Assembly: GCF_028641065.1 (NCBI RefSeq)
Contig: NC_073393.1
Location: 20,708,001-20,772,000 of the forward strand
Direction of reading: 5' to 3'
From: Leucoraja erinacea
Lineage: Eukaryota
Length of the DNA: 64,000 bases
The notes under the pieces: model-generated
What the model was told of the DNA's origin: nothing
Seen by the model: the letters and a program-made list of their open reading frames with translations, nothing else
The model's database searches: none
Position numbers and translations under genes: made by a program
Shown here: piece after piece, positions 12,316 to 23,060 of the stretch
Layout: every line of letters starts with the position of its first letter
Numbering within the stretch: the stretch's first letter is position 1

Positions 12316-13042
12316 AAGTGGCATCACAGGTAAATAGAGCTACCTGAAGACTTTCAGCACATTGGCCCTTATCAGTCAGTGTATCGAGTATAGAGGTTGT
12401 GAGGACCTGGCACAGTTGTATAAGACATTGGTGAGGTCACATTTAGAGTATCGTGCTCAGTTTTGGTCACCATGTCATAGGAAGGGTGTTGTCAAGCAAG
12501 AAAGGGTTCTAGAGAAGATTTACGGGGGTGGAAGATTGCAACCTTCATGTGGTCCGCCCTGTTTCGACTAATGCAATCAACTCGACGTGATCAAAAGGAA
12601 GATCAAATAGAACAAGTTGTCCAACAACTTTAGGCTGTGCACGCCACACGAAAGAAGAAAAAGATTTACGGGAATATAGCCAGGACTCAAGGGCCTGAGC
12701 TATTATTTGTTGGCGCGCAGGAGGGTGAGGGGTGATCTTGTAGCGGTGTACAAAATTTGGAGATAAATAAATCATGACAATGCATGGTCTTTTGCCGAGA
12801 AAAGGGGAATCGAGAACCAGAGTAAATAGGTTTAAGGTGGGGTGGAAAGCTGCAAGAGGATTTAGTTGAGACAGGTACGATCGCAATGTTTAAGCAGCAT
12901 TTAGACAGATGCATGGATAGAATAGGTTTACAGGGATATGGGCCAAACACAGGCTGGTGGGACTAGTATAGATTGGGCATATTGGTCGGCATGGGGAAGT
13001 TGGGCCGAAGGGCCTGTCTCCATGCTGGGTATAACTCTATGA
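12316..13042 (+). mobile_element. CR1-type LINE 3' fragment, interrupted by a 134-bp insertion
   Basis: IEYR...QLYKTLVRSHLEY.AQFWSP...ERV is typical of the CR1 ORF2 C-terminus; ends in a ctctatgac tail. Confidence 0.75.
12527..12660 (+). mobile_element. Short retroposed insertion with GAA/A-rich tail and 12-bp target-site duplication
   Basis: Flanked by aagatttacggg at 12515-12526 and 12661-12672; ends cacacgaaagaagaaa. Confidence 0.7.
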
Positions 13043-13418
13043 CCTGAAAGACGGCATCAGTTTATGGAGGCGGTTCACCAGCTTTAAGGCCAGTGGGCTT
13101 GTCCCTGATGCAAATATCTAATAAACAAATAAACTAACAATTTAACATATAAACTACCAACTAATAAAGTCTGAAGAAGGGTCTCGATCCGAATCGTCAC
13201 CTATTTCTTTTCTCCAGTACAACAATTCTAATATATTTCTGTTTGGTTCTACTCGCGATTCCTCTGCTCAAATATCCAATCACAACATTAGCTCACAGAG
13301 TGACATTAAATGCTGACGATCTGTCAAATGTCATTAACAAAGAAGATTCCAGAAACTTCATGCTAGAGCAGGAGGCTGTTTGGTTCATTAATCCAGTTTA
13401 GTTTACTTTAGTTTGGAG

Positions 13419-13458
13419 CAAAGATTATAGAGGAGCAAGAGCTCCTCTATAATCTTTG
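13419..13458. mobile_element. 40-bp hAT-like mini-element (18-bp perfect inverted repeat, 8-bp TSD)
   Basis: caaagattatagaggagc-aaga-gctcctctataatctttg flanked by gtttggag on both sides. Confidence 0.75.
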
Positions 13459-13740
13459 GTTTGGAGATCGATCGCGGAAACAAGCCCTTCCCCCCACCGG
13501 GTCCGCGCCGATCAGCGATCCCTGCACATTAACACGATCCTGAACCCACTAAGAACATGTTTTACATTTACTAAGCCAATTAACCTACAACCCTCAGGGG
13601 GTGCAGCAGCATCTACGGTTCCTGATCCTTGCAGCTCCATAGATGCTGCTGCGCCCGCTGAGTTTCTCCAACTTTTTTGTGTACCTTCGATTTTCCAGCA
13701 TCTGCTTCCTTCTGGAACCTACAAACCTCAACGTCTTTGG

Positions 13741-13754
13741 CAAAGATCTCTTTG
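13741..13754. mobile_element. 14-bp hAT-like remnant with 8-bp TSD
   Basis: caaaga-tc-tctttg flanked by gtctttgg (13733-13740 and 13755-13762). Confidence 0.6.
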
Positions 13755-13915
13755 GTCTTTGGGGTGTGGGAGGAAACGAAAGATCTTTGGAGAAAACCCA
13801 CGCAGATCACGGGGAGAACGTACAGACAGCCCCCGCCCCCGAACTCCGGCGCTGCATTCGCTTAGGCAGCAACTCTACCGCTGCACCACCGTGACCTGTC
13901 CCCTGTAGCTTTTAC

Positions 13916-13949
13916 CAAAGATTATCGAGGCCAAAGACTATAATCTTTG
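13916..13949. mobile_element. 34-bp hAT-like mini-element with near-perfect 8-bp TSD
   Basis: caaagattat...ataatctttg flanked by gcttttac / tcttttac; absent at the homologous position in copies B and C. Confidence 0.65.
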
Positions 13950-14878
13950 TCTTTTACTGTCTCCCGTTCATGTATACTTGGAATTTTAATATAAAAGTTA
14001 CAGTTAAGTTTGCTCCTTTTACCCTTTCAGGCTTCCGAAAGCATAACCACTCACTGCATGAAAACATTTTCTTCATATCCTTTATAGTTCGTTTGCCATT
14101 CACCTCAAATCAGAGTCCTCTGGTTCCTGACCCTTGCAGCAGTGGGAACCAAAGATAACAAAGTCTCCAAAACATTGAACAGGTCAGCACACGAACACGT
14201 TCTTTGATTCACAACGACTGTGCCAGCTTTGTTAGTCCCTTTTAAACGCTTGTATCAAATTGCTTAATCCTTCTCGGTTCTGGGATAAACAATTCTCAGT
14301 AATCCCGCACGGGTTACCACAATTGAAGATTTGGCACTAATCCAACTACTGTTTTCTGCACTCTTTCACCGTCCTTCAAAACCTTCGCAAACCTGTTCCT
14401 GGTGAATCAGCAAACTTTAGTTCTAATGCTCCAGGATCATAACAATGCGCCAGTGCTTCCCCACCTCAAAAACAATCCTTAAATAGAATCCCAAATTTCC
14501 TGGAATTTGATGGTATTTCCTGAAATTTTCAAAAATGCTTCCTCTGTGCTATTTGGTTTTTTTTTCGCGGGCACACGTTAACAACACAAAGAAGAAAAAG
14601 GCAAAACCAGGGCTGCCAACTCTTGCATTTTGAGTCTGGCGAGTGTTTGCCGGGCTCGCGAGTCGCTCGCTGCAGCTCCGGCCATGGAGCAGTGCAAGAG
14701 TGCTGAATTCGCCCTGGTGACCGGCATGGATCAGGCAATGCTTCTGGAGAGTAGGAATGAGTGAAGTTTCTGGTCGTGAAGGGTCTTGACCCGAAACCTT
14801 CAGTGACTTGGAGAGTGGGCTGGACGAGTGCCGCAGCTGGTCGTGGCTTCCTGATCTACGTTATTCCCACACACTTAT

Positions 14879-15028
14879 GGGCCTGTCCCACTGAGGCGAC
14901 TGTTTAGGCGACTGTCAGGGACTAGTTTTACTAGCATTCACCTATGACGCCTCGCGACACCCTACGACACCTCCGACAGCCACTCTCGCTTGTAGTCGCC
15001 CAAAAGATCGCCTAAGTGGGACAGGCCC
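14879..15028. mobile_element. MITE, PIF/Harbinger-like
   Basis: Terminal inverted repeats gggcctgtcccact ... agtgggacaggccc; same TIR core as the element at 41458-41663. Confidence 0.65.
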
Positions 15029-15184
15029 TTCAGGTTGCGGCTCGGTGCATCCTGGAGGACAACCAGTGGCTGCTGGAAGTAAGTACCTAGCACTGGGTAG
15101 AAATAGTGGAAAATAGTGGCCTTTAAATGGGGGTGGTTGGAGAAAGCATCCTGCTTGCCTGCTAGATTTTCACTTACTGTAACT

Positions 15185-15505
15185 GCAGGAAAAATGGTCC
15201 CGATGTTGGGGGAGTTCAGAACCAGGGGTCACAATTTAAGAAGGGTAGGCCAGTTAGGACTGAGATGAGACCAAACTTTCTTCACCCAGAGAGTTGTGAA
15301 TCTGTGGAATTCTCTGCCACAGAAGGCAGTGGATGTTTTCAAGTGAGTTACATTTAGCTCTTGGGGTTTGCGAAATCAAGGGATATGGGGAAAAAACAGA
15401 AAAGAGGTACTGATTTTAAATGAACAGCCATGATCATATTGAATGCAGTGCTGGCTCGAAGGGACGAATGGCTTATTCCTGCAGTTATTTTCTATGTTTC
15501 TATGC
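15185..15505 (+). mobile_element. CR1-type LINE 3' end
   Basis: ttcacccagagagttgtgaatctgtggaattctctgccacagaagg, gctggctcgaaggg and a (ttctatgt)n tail. Confidence 0.75.
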
Positions 15506-17683
15506 TTGAGTGTGTGACAATAAAACTCGACCACTTGATTTTTAAGCATTCATGCAGGGTGGAGGTATAATGTAGTCATAGTGATACAGTGTGAAAACAG
15601 GCCCTTCGGCGCAACTTGCCCACACACGCCAATATGTCCCAGCTACTCTACCTGCTTTTGGTCCATATCCCGCCAAACCTGTCCTATCCATGTGTCAGTC
15701 TAACTGTTTCTTAAATATTGGGATAGTCCCTGCCTCAACTACCTCCTCTGGCAGCTTGTTCAATACACCCTCCACCCTTTGTGCGGAAAAAGCTACTCCT
15801 TAAAAAATTACCTTAAAAATACTTCAAACAAAAAACATTGAAATCATACTTCTACAGTGCAATAAAACATGATTTTAATACATCAAATTTCAAAAAGTCC
15901 CAACCGTGTGAGAGGGGACACCCCCCTCCCACATCCTCCCTCCACTAGGTTGCTCCACTCCCTCGCTGGTTACCCCCAAGGCGAGTGATCAGTCAGGCCC
16001 CCCACTTTCAAAAACGCTCCATGGCCCCTATTTCAGACAGAGAGCACTGCCAGATGTGAGAGGGGAACTGAGGCCAGTTGTCCGTGATGTCTGGATCCCA
16101 ATGCTCAGCGCTTTGTGTTTCGGAGTTGGCTAATGTTATTGATTAGTAATTAGCCTGATTTGTAATTAGTTGACAAAACCTTAATTTATTAATCCGGAAT
16201 ATCCAGGGGTATGGGAGAAGTGTGATACTAAAATGACATGCAAGGTGTCAGGCTGTCTGTCACAACATCCAGTCCTGATAACCCATTATTTCCTTCAGTT
16301 AAATATTAGGAAGGTAGCACTATTGTCATTTGCCACTCAACTATCATGTTTGTTTACCACACTGACAATTTCTAACCCTCCCCCCCCCTAAATTCCTTTG
16401 ACAGGTCAAATAGAAATGTCCCCAATCTCGTTGTTTTATTAATTGAACACGTAGATGAACATCCTCAAGGAGTGCAATCAGATGGAAACGAATTCAGATG
16501 TGATGTTTAAGAGCATGTTCAAAGAAGAGGCGTATTTTAAAGGAGTGACAGAGATACTTGCAGGGGAATGTATGAGGAGGTTATTATTTGTCTTTAGTTT
16601 TAGCTTGAACCAGGACATCTGAAGATTCATTGTTTAATATAGTAATTGTGCTGATACCGACTCCAACCAACCACGTAATGAATATCATCCATTCCGGAGG
16701 TTTTATTTTTTTGATGCCATTTAAACTCACTTGGATTTCAATTACTTCAATGTAAAAATAATTAGGAATGGGGAGCATTGGAGCAAAAATTTATAATGTA
16801 TGCATGTTGGTGGGTGCAATCAAAACAAAGATCTTTTTTATCATTGTTGTGTTATGAATACCACAGAAAATATTATGTACTCTTAAAATCACTTTTAATA
16901 GAATTATATTGCTTAAATATATAGTTATTGGACTTTGCATTTCGGAAAAGTCCCAGCTGAGAGGAAGACAGCAAAATACTGAAAATATTGGGGATGAAAA
17001 TGACTTCAGGACAGTTTGTTGGGAAAATGAAGGGAATTGTAACAGAATACTTATACAGTTGAGTGAGTATAATTTTATGGATGAAAAATTGTGTTCAACC
17101 AATTGACTTCTTTGACAAAGTAACTAGCATGTATGATAACAAGGAAGCCATCGGATGTAGATTATGCCAATTTTTATATTTAATGTGACTAACCATTAAA
17201 GCTCGTACATTTTTTTGCTGTAGAGGGAGCCAGTGGATTGAAAGTTTTATGTTATGGCTATGTTCTAAAACGATCATCACCATTAAAGACCTGCGAACCA
17301 GTAGTGGGTCTGAGCATCTCTAAGTATGAATCAATCTACTTGTCTATGATTGAATGTTCATGTGCTAATTTGTATGCATGACTTGTGGCCTAGAATGCGA
17401 CCATGGTGTATGGAGAGAGGAAATTGTACTGGGTCCGAATGCAGTGTGATTGGAATCTGGGCATGTGTAATAATGAAGCATGACTGATTTCAGAGCTAGA
17501 CATTCCAGTCGTACAGCATGGAAACAGGCCCTTCAGACCACCATGTCTGTGTCAACCAATAAGAGTTCATATGGATTTCATCAAAATGTTGCCTTCAGCG
17601 AAGGGCTTGAGTTATAGGGCACGAATGTGCTTGTCTTCCCTAAAGCAAGAGAGTGAGTTGTGACCTGATAAGGTAGATAGCCA

Positions 17684-18427
17684 TTTCGCCACCTCCAACG
17701 GGATCCCACTACTGGCCACATCTTCCCATCTCCTCCCCTTTCGGCTTTCCGCAGAGACCGCTCTGTCCGTAACTCCCTGGTCAAATTGTCCCTTCCCACC
17801 CAAACCACCTCCTCTCCTGGCACTTTTCCTTGCAACCGCAGGAAATGCTACACTTGTCTCTTTACCTCCCCCCTTGACTCCATCCAAGGACCCAAGCAGT
17901 CTTTCCAGGTGCGGCAGAAGTTCACCTGCACCTCCTCCAACCTCATCTATTGAATCTGCTGCTCTAGGTGTCGGCTGCTCTACACCGGTGAGACCAAACG
18001 TAGGCTTGGCGATCACTTCGCCCAACACCTCCGCTCGGTTCGCAATAACCAACCTGATCTCCCGGTGGCTCAGCATTTCAACTCCCCCTCCCATTCCGAA
18101 TCCGACCTTTCTGTCCCGGGCCTCTTCCATAGCCAGAGTGAGGCCCACCGTAAATTGGAGGAGCAGCGCCTCATATTTCGCTTGGGTAGTTTACACCCCA
18201 GCGGTATGAACATTGACCTCTCTAATTTTAGGTAGTCCCTGCTTTCTCCTTTTTCCCCCTCCCCTTCCCAGCTCTCCCACAGCACACTGTCTCCATCTCT
18301 TCCTTTCTTCTTCCTGCCTCCCCACCCCCACATAAGTCTGAAGGGTCTCGACCCAAAACATTGCCTATTTCCTTCACTCCATAGATGCTGCCTCACCCGC
18401 TGAGTTTCTCCAGCATTTTTGTCTACC
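17684..18427 (+). mobile_element. 5'-truncated Penelope-like element (GIY-YIG end and tail) with 13-bp TSD
   Basis: FTCTSSNLIY..C..C.LLYTGETKRRLGD.F..HL; degenerate hammerhead tail; aggtagatagcca at 17671-17683 and 18428-18440. Confidence 0.85.
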
Positions 18428-18698
18428 AGGTAGATAGCCAGTGTTCCCACAGTTGGAGTGTCTAAAACAAGAGGGCATACATTTAAGTTGAGAGGGAAGA
18501 GATTTAAAGGTGACATGTGGGGTACATTTTTCTCAGTTTATATTGCAACTGCCAACCTCTCACCATTTAAACTATTTTTATCCTTCTACCGACTTAATGT
18601 CCTTCCCACAATTTGCTAATCCACATATTTTTGTATAAGCTTACTGTTGCACTTCCCCTGCACCCATTCACACAGGTTGACTATACTTACTGAACTTT

Positions 18699-20297
18699 TT
18701 ATTTTCTCTTCAGTAGAACAAATAGTTTCTTCATTGTGAAATCTGTAAGTAATACAATAATTAGTGTTATTGATCCCAGGAAAATGATTACATCCACAGA
18801 GTAATAAACGAACCATGAAAATTTGTAAGATTCAGAGCGTAATTGTGCTGCGCCTTTGTTTCGGGCAGTGTACTCAATCCAGAAAATGGCTCTTTCCATT
18901 GGGGTCTCTGGCTGATCCCTGTGGAGAATTGAAAGTTTCTGCATGTTTTCTCGATAAGTGGAGTTATTTATGATTTCATTAAGTGCCCACACTAGATCTG
19001 ATGACTGGAGAAATGCAACATTGACCACCTTTGCTGCTCCTCTAGTTTCAAGTCTGACCATATTATCAAACTGGTCATAAAACAATGGTAGGCCAACCAC
19101 CGGCACCCCATGATAGATCGCTTCATACAGTCCATTGGTGCCACCATGAGAAATGAAGGCTCGAGTCTTGGCATGGCCCAGTAGGTCATTCTGAGGAATC
19201 CATTTTGCTATGAGGGTGTTATTTCCAGTATTGGGAGGGATGTCTCCATTGTGTCTCCAAATGACCTTTTGGGGTATTTGGGCAAGGGCTTCAGCGATTT
19301 TCATAGTAAGATCCAATGACAAAGTGTCTATAAGAGTACCCAGTGACATCACAACAATACCATGCTCCCCAGAGCTGTCAACAAACGTTTGTAGCTCTTC
19401 ATCCAGCGGTTTGGATGGTTGACATTGGAAACCTCCGATGTACACAAAGTTTGGCATCGTAGGTCGCGGAAATTCAAGTATGAAATCTATTCTAATTAAC
19501 CACACATCTGCCTTTCGCAGAACCATATTGATGTTAGTATCTCCGCCGAGGTATTGCTGGCACAAATCGCCATACAATGGATTAATTACAAACTCAAAAA
19601 CACCAAGCTGAAGGAAATGTTGTAGCACATTTTGAACTCGTTGATAAAAACTCATTTTATCTGTTAATTGTGATTTTAGAGCTGGGACATAGGAGGGTGG
19701 AGATGGGGCAGCAAAGAAATGAGCACCTTCAGCCGTCATCCATCGGACATTGTACACCAATGGGATGTTGAAATAATAAGCAAGCATTGGGCCTGCATAA
19801 AGAACTGGATCTGCAAGTATCAAGTCAAAGTTTGCATCTGCGATTTGTTTCAACAATGCCTTGTTCTCAAAAATTGAGCAAGTTAAACGCCTCAACCAAA
19901 GATGGACTTCATGCATGAATACTGTTAACTGAAAATGAAGCCGGAGAAAGGTCCACAGTGGGATGTTAGGGTTGGAGATGGCTAATGAGTTTTGTACCAA
20001 AGTTTGTATGCCATCTGCCTCTTCCATCAACCCTTTACTTCCATGTAGCTGGACTACCAGGGACTGATACAAATCTGGTTCCTTCTTGATATACCAGGAT
20101 GTTGATGAATGAAGTACGGTAATGTTGTTTCCGTGGAGTCTCAGTTCTTTCACTAGAACCCTCATGTTGACCCAGTGACTCCCTTCAAATGGGACGACCA
20201 GTATGTTAGCTCCATAAGTAACTGAACACGAAAGAGTTACGATGATACCAAGAGCACATGTGACTAATAAGCTGGTGTTCCATCGAGAAAATTCCAT
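18699..20297 (-). CDS. UDP-glucuronosyltransferase with single-exon CDS (UGT5-like), copy B, 532 aa, 4 aa shorter at the C-terminus
   Basis: Same motifs as copy A (FEGSHW, UGT signature, TM). A GAA-to-TAA change ends the protein at LLKRK; the former AAA GTT CAG TAA is still present downstream. Confidence 0.92.
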   Translation of the reverse strand: MEFSRWNTSLLVTCALGIIVTLSCSVTYGANILVVPFEGSHWVNMRVLVKELRLHGNNITVLHSSTSWYIKKEPDLYQSLVVQLHGSKGLMEEADGIQTLVQNSLAISNPNIPLWTFLRLHFQLTVFMHEVHLWLRRLTCSIFENKALLKQIADANFDLILADPVLYAGPMLAYYFNIPLVYNVRWMTAEGAHFFAAPSPPSYVPALKSQLTDKMSFYQRVQNVLQHFLQLGVFEFVINPLYGDLCQQYLGGDTNINMVLRKADVWLIRIDFILEFPRPTMPNFVYIGGFQCQPSKPLDEELQTFVDSSGEHGIVVMSLGTLIDTLSLDLTMKIAEALAQIPQKVIWRHNGDIPPNTGNNTLIAKWIPQNDLLGHAKTRAFISHGGTNGLYEAIYHGVPVVGLPLFYDQFDNMVRLETRGAAKVVNVAFLQSSDLVWALNEIINNSTYRENMQKLSILHRDQPETPMERAIFWIEYTARNKGAAQLRSESYKFSWFVYYSVDVIIFLGSITLIIVLLTDFTMKKLFVLLKRK

Positions 20298-20410
20298 TTT
20301 GAATCAAATATATGTATAAATCCTGTTTGGAAATTATATAAAATGATTAGGAAACAATATAAATTGGCAATTTAATCAGAAGGTCAAGTGCAGCAAGTGT
20401 ATGCAAACAT

Positions 20411-23060
20411 AGAAACTAGGTGCAGGAGGAGGCCATTTGGCCCTTCGAGCCTGCATGCCATTCATTGTGATCCTGGCTGATCATCCACAATGAGTAACCC
20501 GTGCCTGCCTTCTCCCCATATTCCTTGATTCCGTTAGCCCCTGGAGGTCTATCTAACTCTCTTTTAAATTCATCCAGTGAATTGGCAGAGAATTCCACAA
20601 ATTCACAACTCTCGGGGTGAAAACGTTTTTTTCTCATCTCAGTTTTAAATGGTCTCCCCTTCATTCTTAGACTTTGGCCCCTGGTTCTGGATTCCCCCAA
20701 CATTGGGAACATTTTTTCCTGCATCTAGCTTGTCCAGTCCTTTTATAATCTTATACGGTTCTATAAGATCCCCTCTCATCTTTCTAAATTCCAGTGAATA
20801 CAAGCCCAGTCTTTCCAATCTTTCCTCATATGACAGTCCCACCATCCCGGGGATGAACCTCGTGAAACTAAGCTGCGCTGCCTCAATAGCAAGAATTTCC
20901 TTCCTCAAATTAGGAGTCCAAAACTGCACACAATACTCCAAACAGGGTATCACCAGGGCCCTGTACAACTGCAGAAGAACCTCTTTACTTCTATACTCAA
21001 ATCCTCTCGTTATGAAGGCCAACATGCCAATAGCTTTCTTCATTGCCTGCTGTACCTGCATATTTACATTCAGTGACTGGTGTACAAGGGCACCCAGGTC
21101 TCGTTGCACTTCCCTTTTTCCTAATCTGACACCATTGAGATAATAATCTGCCTCCTTGTGCTTGCCCCCAAAGTGGATAACCTCACATTTATCTATATTA
21201 TACTGCATCTCCCATGCATCTGCCCACTCACTCAACCTGTCACCCTGCAACCTCCTAGCATCCTCTTCGCAGTTCACATTGCCACCCAGCTTTGTGTCAT
21301 CTGCAAATTTGCAAGTGTTACTTTTAATTCCATCATCTAAATCATTAATATATATTGTAAATAGTTGCGGACCCAGCACCAAGCCTTGCGGCACTCCACT
21401 CGCCATTGTCTACCATTCTGACTCTCTATTCCTACTTTATTCCTACTCTTTGTTTCCTGTCTGCCAACCAACTCTCTATCCATGCCAGTATCCTACCCCC
21501 AATACCATGTGCTCTAATTTTTCCCACTAATCTCCTGTGTGGGACCTTATCAAAGGCTTTCTGAAAGTCTAGGTACATTACATCCACTGGCGCTCCTTCA
21601 TCCATTTTACTTGTCACATCTTCAAAAAATTCCAGAAGAATAGTCTAGCAGGATTTCCCCTTCATAAATCCATGCTGACTTGGATCAATCCTTTCACTGC
21701 TATCCAAATGCACCATTATTACTTCTTTAATAATTGACTCCAGCATCTTCCCCACTACCGATGTCAGGCTAACTGGTCTATAATTCCCCGTTTTCACTCT
21801 CGCTCCTTTCTTGAAAAGTGGGATAACATTAGCTACTCTCCAATCCACAGGAACTGATCCTGAATCTATAGAACATTGGAAAATGATCACCAATGCGTCC
21901 ACGATTTCTAGAGCCACCTCCTTGAATACCCTGGGATGCAGACCATAAGGCCCTGGGGATTTATCAGCCTTCAGTCCCATCAGTCTACCCAATACTATTT
22001 CTCGCCTAATGCAAATTTCTTACAGTTCCTCTGTCTCCCTAGATCCTCTGTCCTCTAGTACATCTGGGAGATTGTTTGTGTCTCCCTCAATGAAGACTGA
22101 ACCAAAGTACCTGTTCAACTCTTCTGCCATTTCCTTGTTCCCTATAATAAATTCACCTGGTTCTGCCTTCAAGGTACCCACTTTTGGCTTTACTAATCTT
22201 TTTCTCATAACATACCTAAAGAGGTTTTTACTAGCCTTCTTTATATTCTTGGCCAGCTTACCCTCGTACTTCATCTTTTCACCCCGTATTGCCCTTTTTG
22301 TTACCTTCTGTATCCTTTGAAAGTTTCCCAATCCTCTGGCTTCCCGCTACTCTTTGCTATGTTATACAGCTTTTCTTTTAGTTTTATTCTATCCCTAACT
22401 TCCCTTGTCAGCCACGGTTGCCTCTTACTCCCCTTAGAATCTTTCTTCCTCTTTGGAATGAAATGATCATGCATCTTCTGGATTTTGCCCAGAAATTCCT
22501 GCCATTGCTGTTCCAGTCATTCCTGCTAGGATCCTTTTCCAGTCGACCTTGGCCAGCTCCTCTCTCATGCCTTCATAGTCCCCTTTGTTCAACTGCAACA
22601 CTGACACTTCTGATTTAACCTTCTCCCTCTCCAATTTCAGATGAAAACGTATCATATTATGGTCACTGCCTCCTAGCGGTTCCTTTACCTTGAGTTCCCT
22701 TATTACATCTGGTTCATTAGACAACACTAAATCCAGAATTGCCTTCTCTCTGGTAGGCTCCAGTACAAACTGCTCTCAGAATCCATCTCGGTGGCACTCA
22801 ACAAACTCCCTTTCTTGCGGTCCAGAACCAACTTGATTTTCCCAGTCTACCTGAATATTAAAATCTCCCATAACTACAGTGGCATTACATTTGTTACATG
22901 CCAGTTTTAACTCCTGCTGCAACTTGCACCCTATATCCAGGCTACAGTTTGGGGGCCAGTAGATAACTCACATTAGTGTCTTCTTACCTTTACAATTCCT
23001 CAATTCTATCCACAGCGACTCTACATTATCAGTCCCTATGTCACCCCTCGCAAGGGACTG
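20411..23060 (-). mobile_element. CR1 (HER1-like) LINE, 5'-truncated ORF2 with stops and frameshifts
   Basis: EPLGGSDHNMI (end of APE domain), KSPGP.GLHPRV, GNYRPVSLTS, YLDFQKAFDKVPH, SGVPQG.VLGP.LF.IYINDLD, KFADDTKL. It interrupts the tatgcaaaca/cacc junction that is contiguous in copies A and C. Confidence 0.93.

Larger units (their letters stand above)
13396..13897 (-). mobile_element. tRNA-derived SINE (HE1/V-SINE-like) with nested insertions
   Basis: Minus-strand head ggtcacggtggtgcagcggtagagttgctgcc (A-box-like), central ttcctcccacaccccaaagac, taaac-type tail. Absent at the homologous site upstream of UGT copies B and C. Confidence 0.75.

Noticed and set aside
13850-13897. tRNA-like sequence
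   Set aside because: SINE head with A-box similarity only; no complete cloverleaf.
20645-21406. 253-aa reverse transcriptase ORF as a host gene or retron-like system
   Set aside because: It is one piece of a broken CR1 ORF2 that continues in neighbouring frames.
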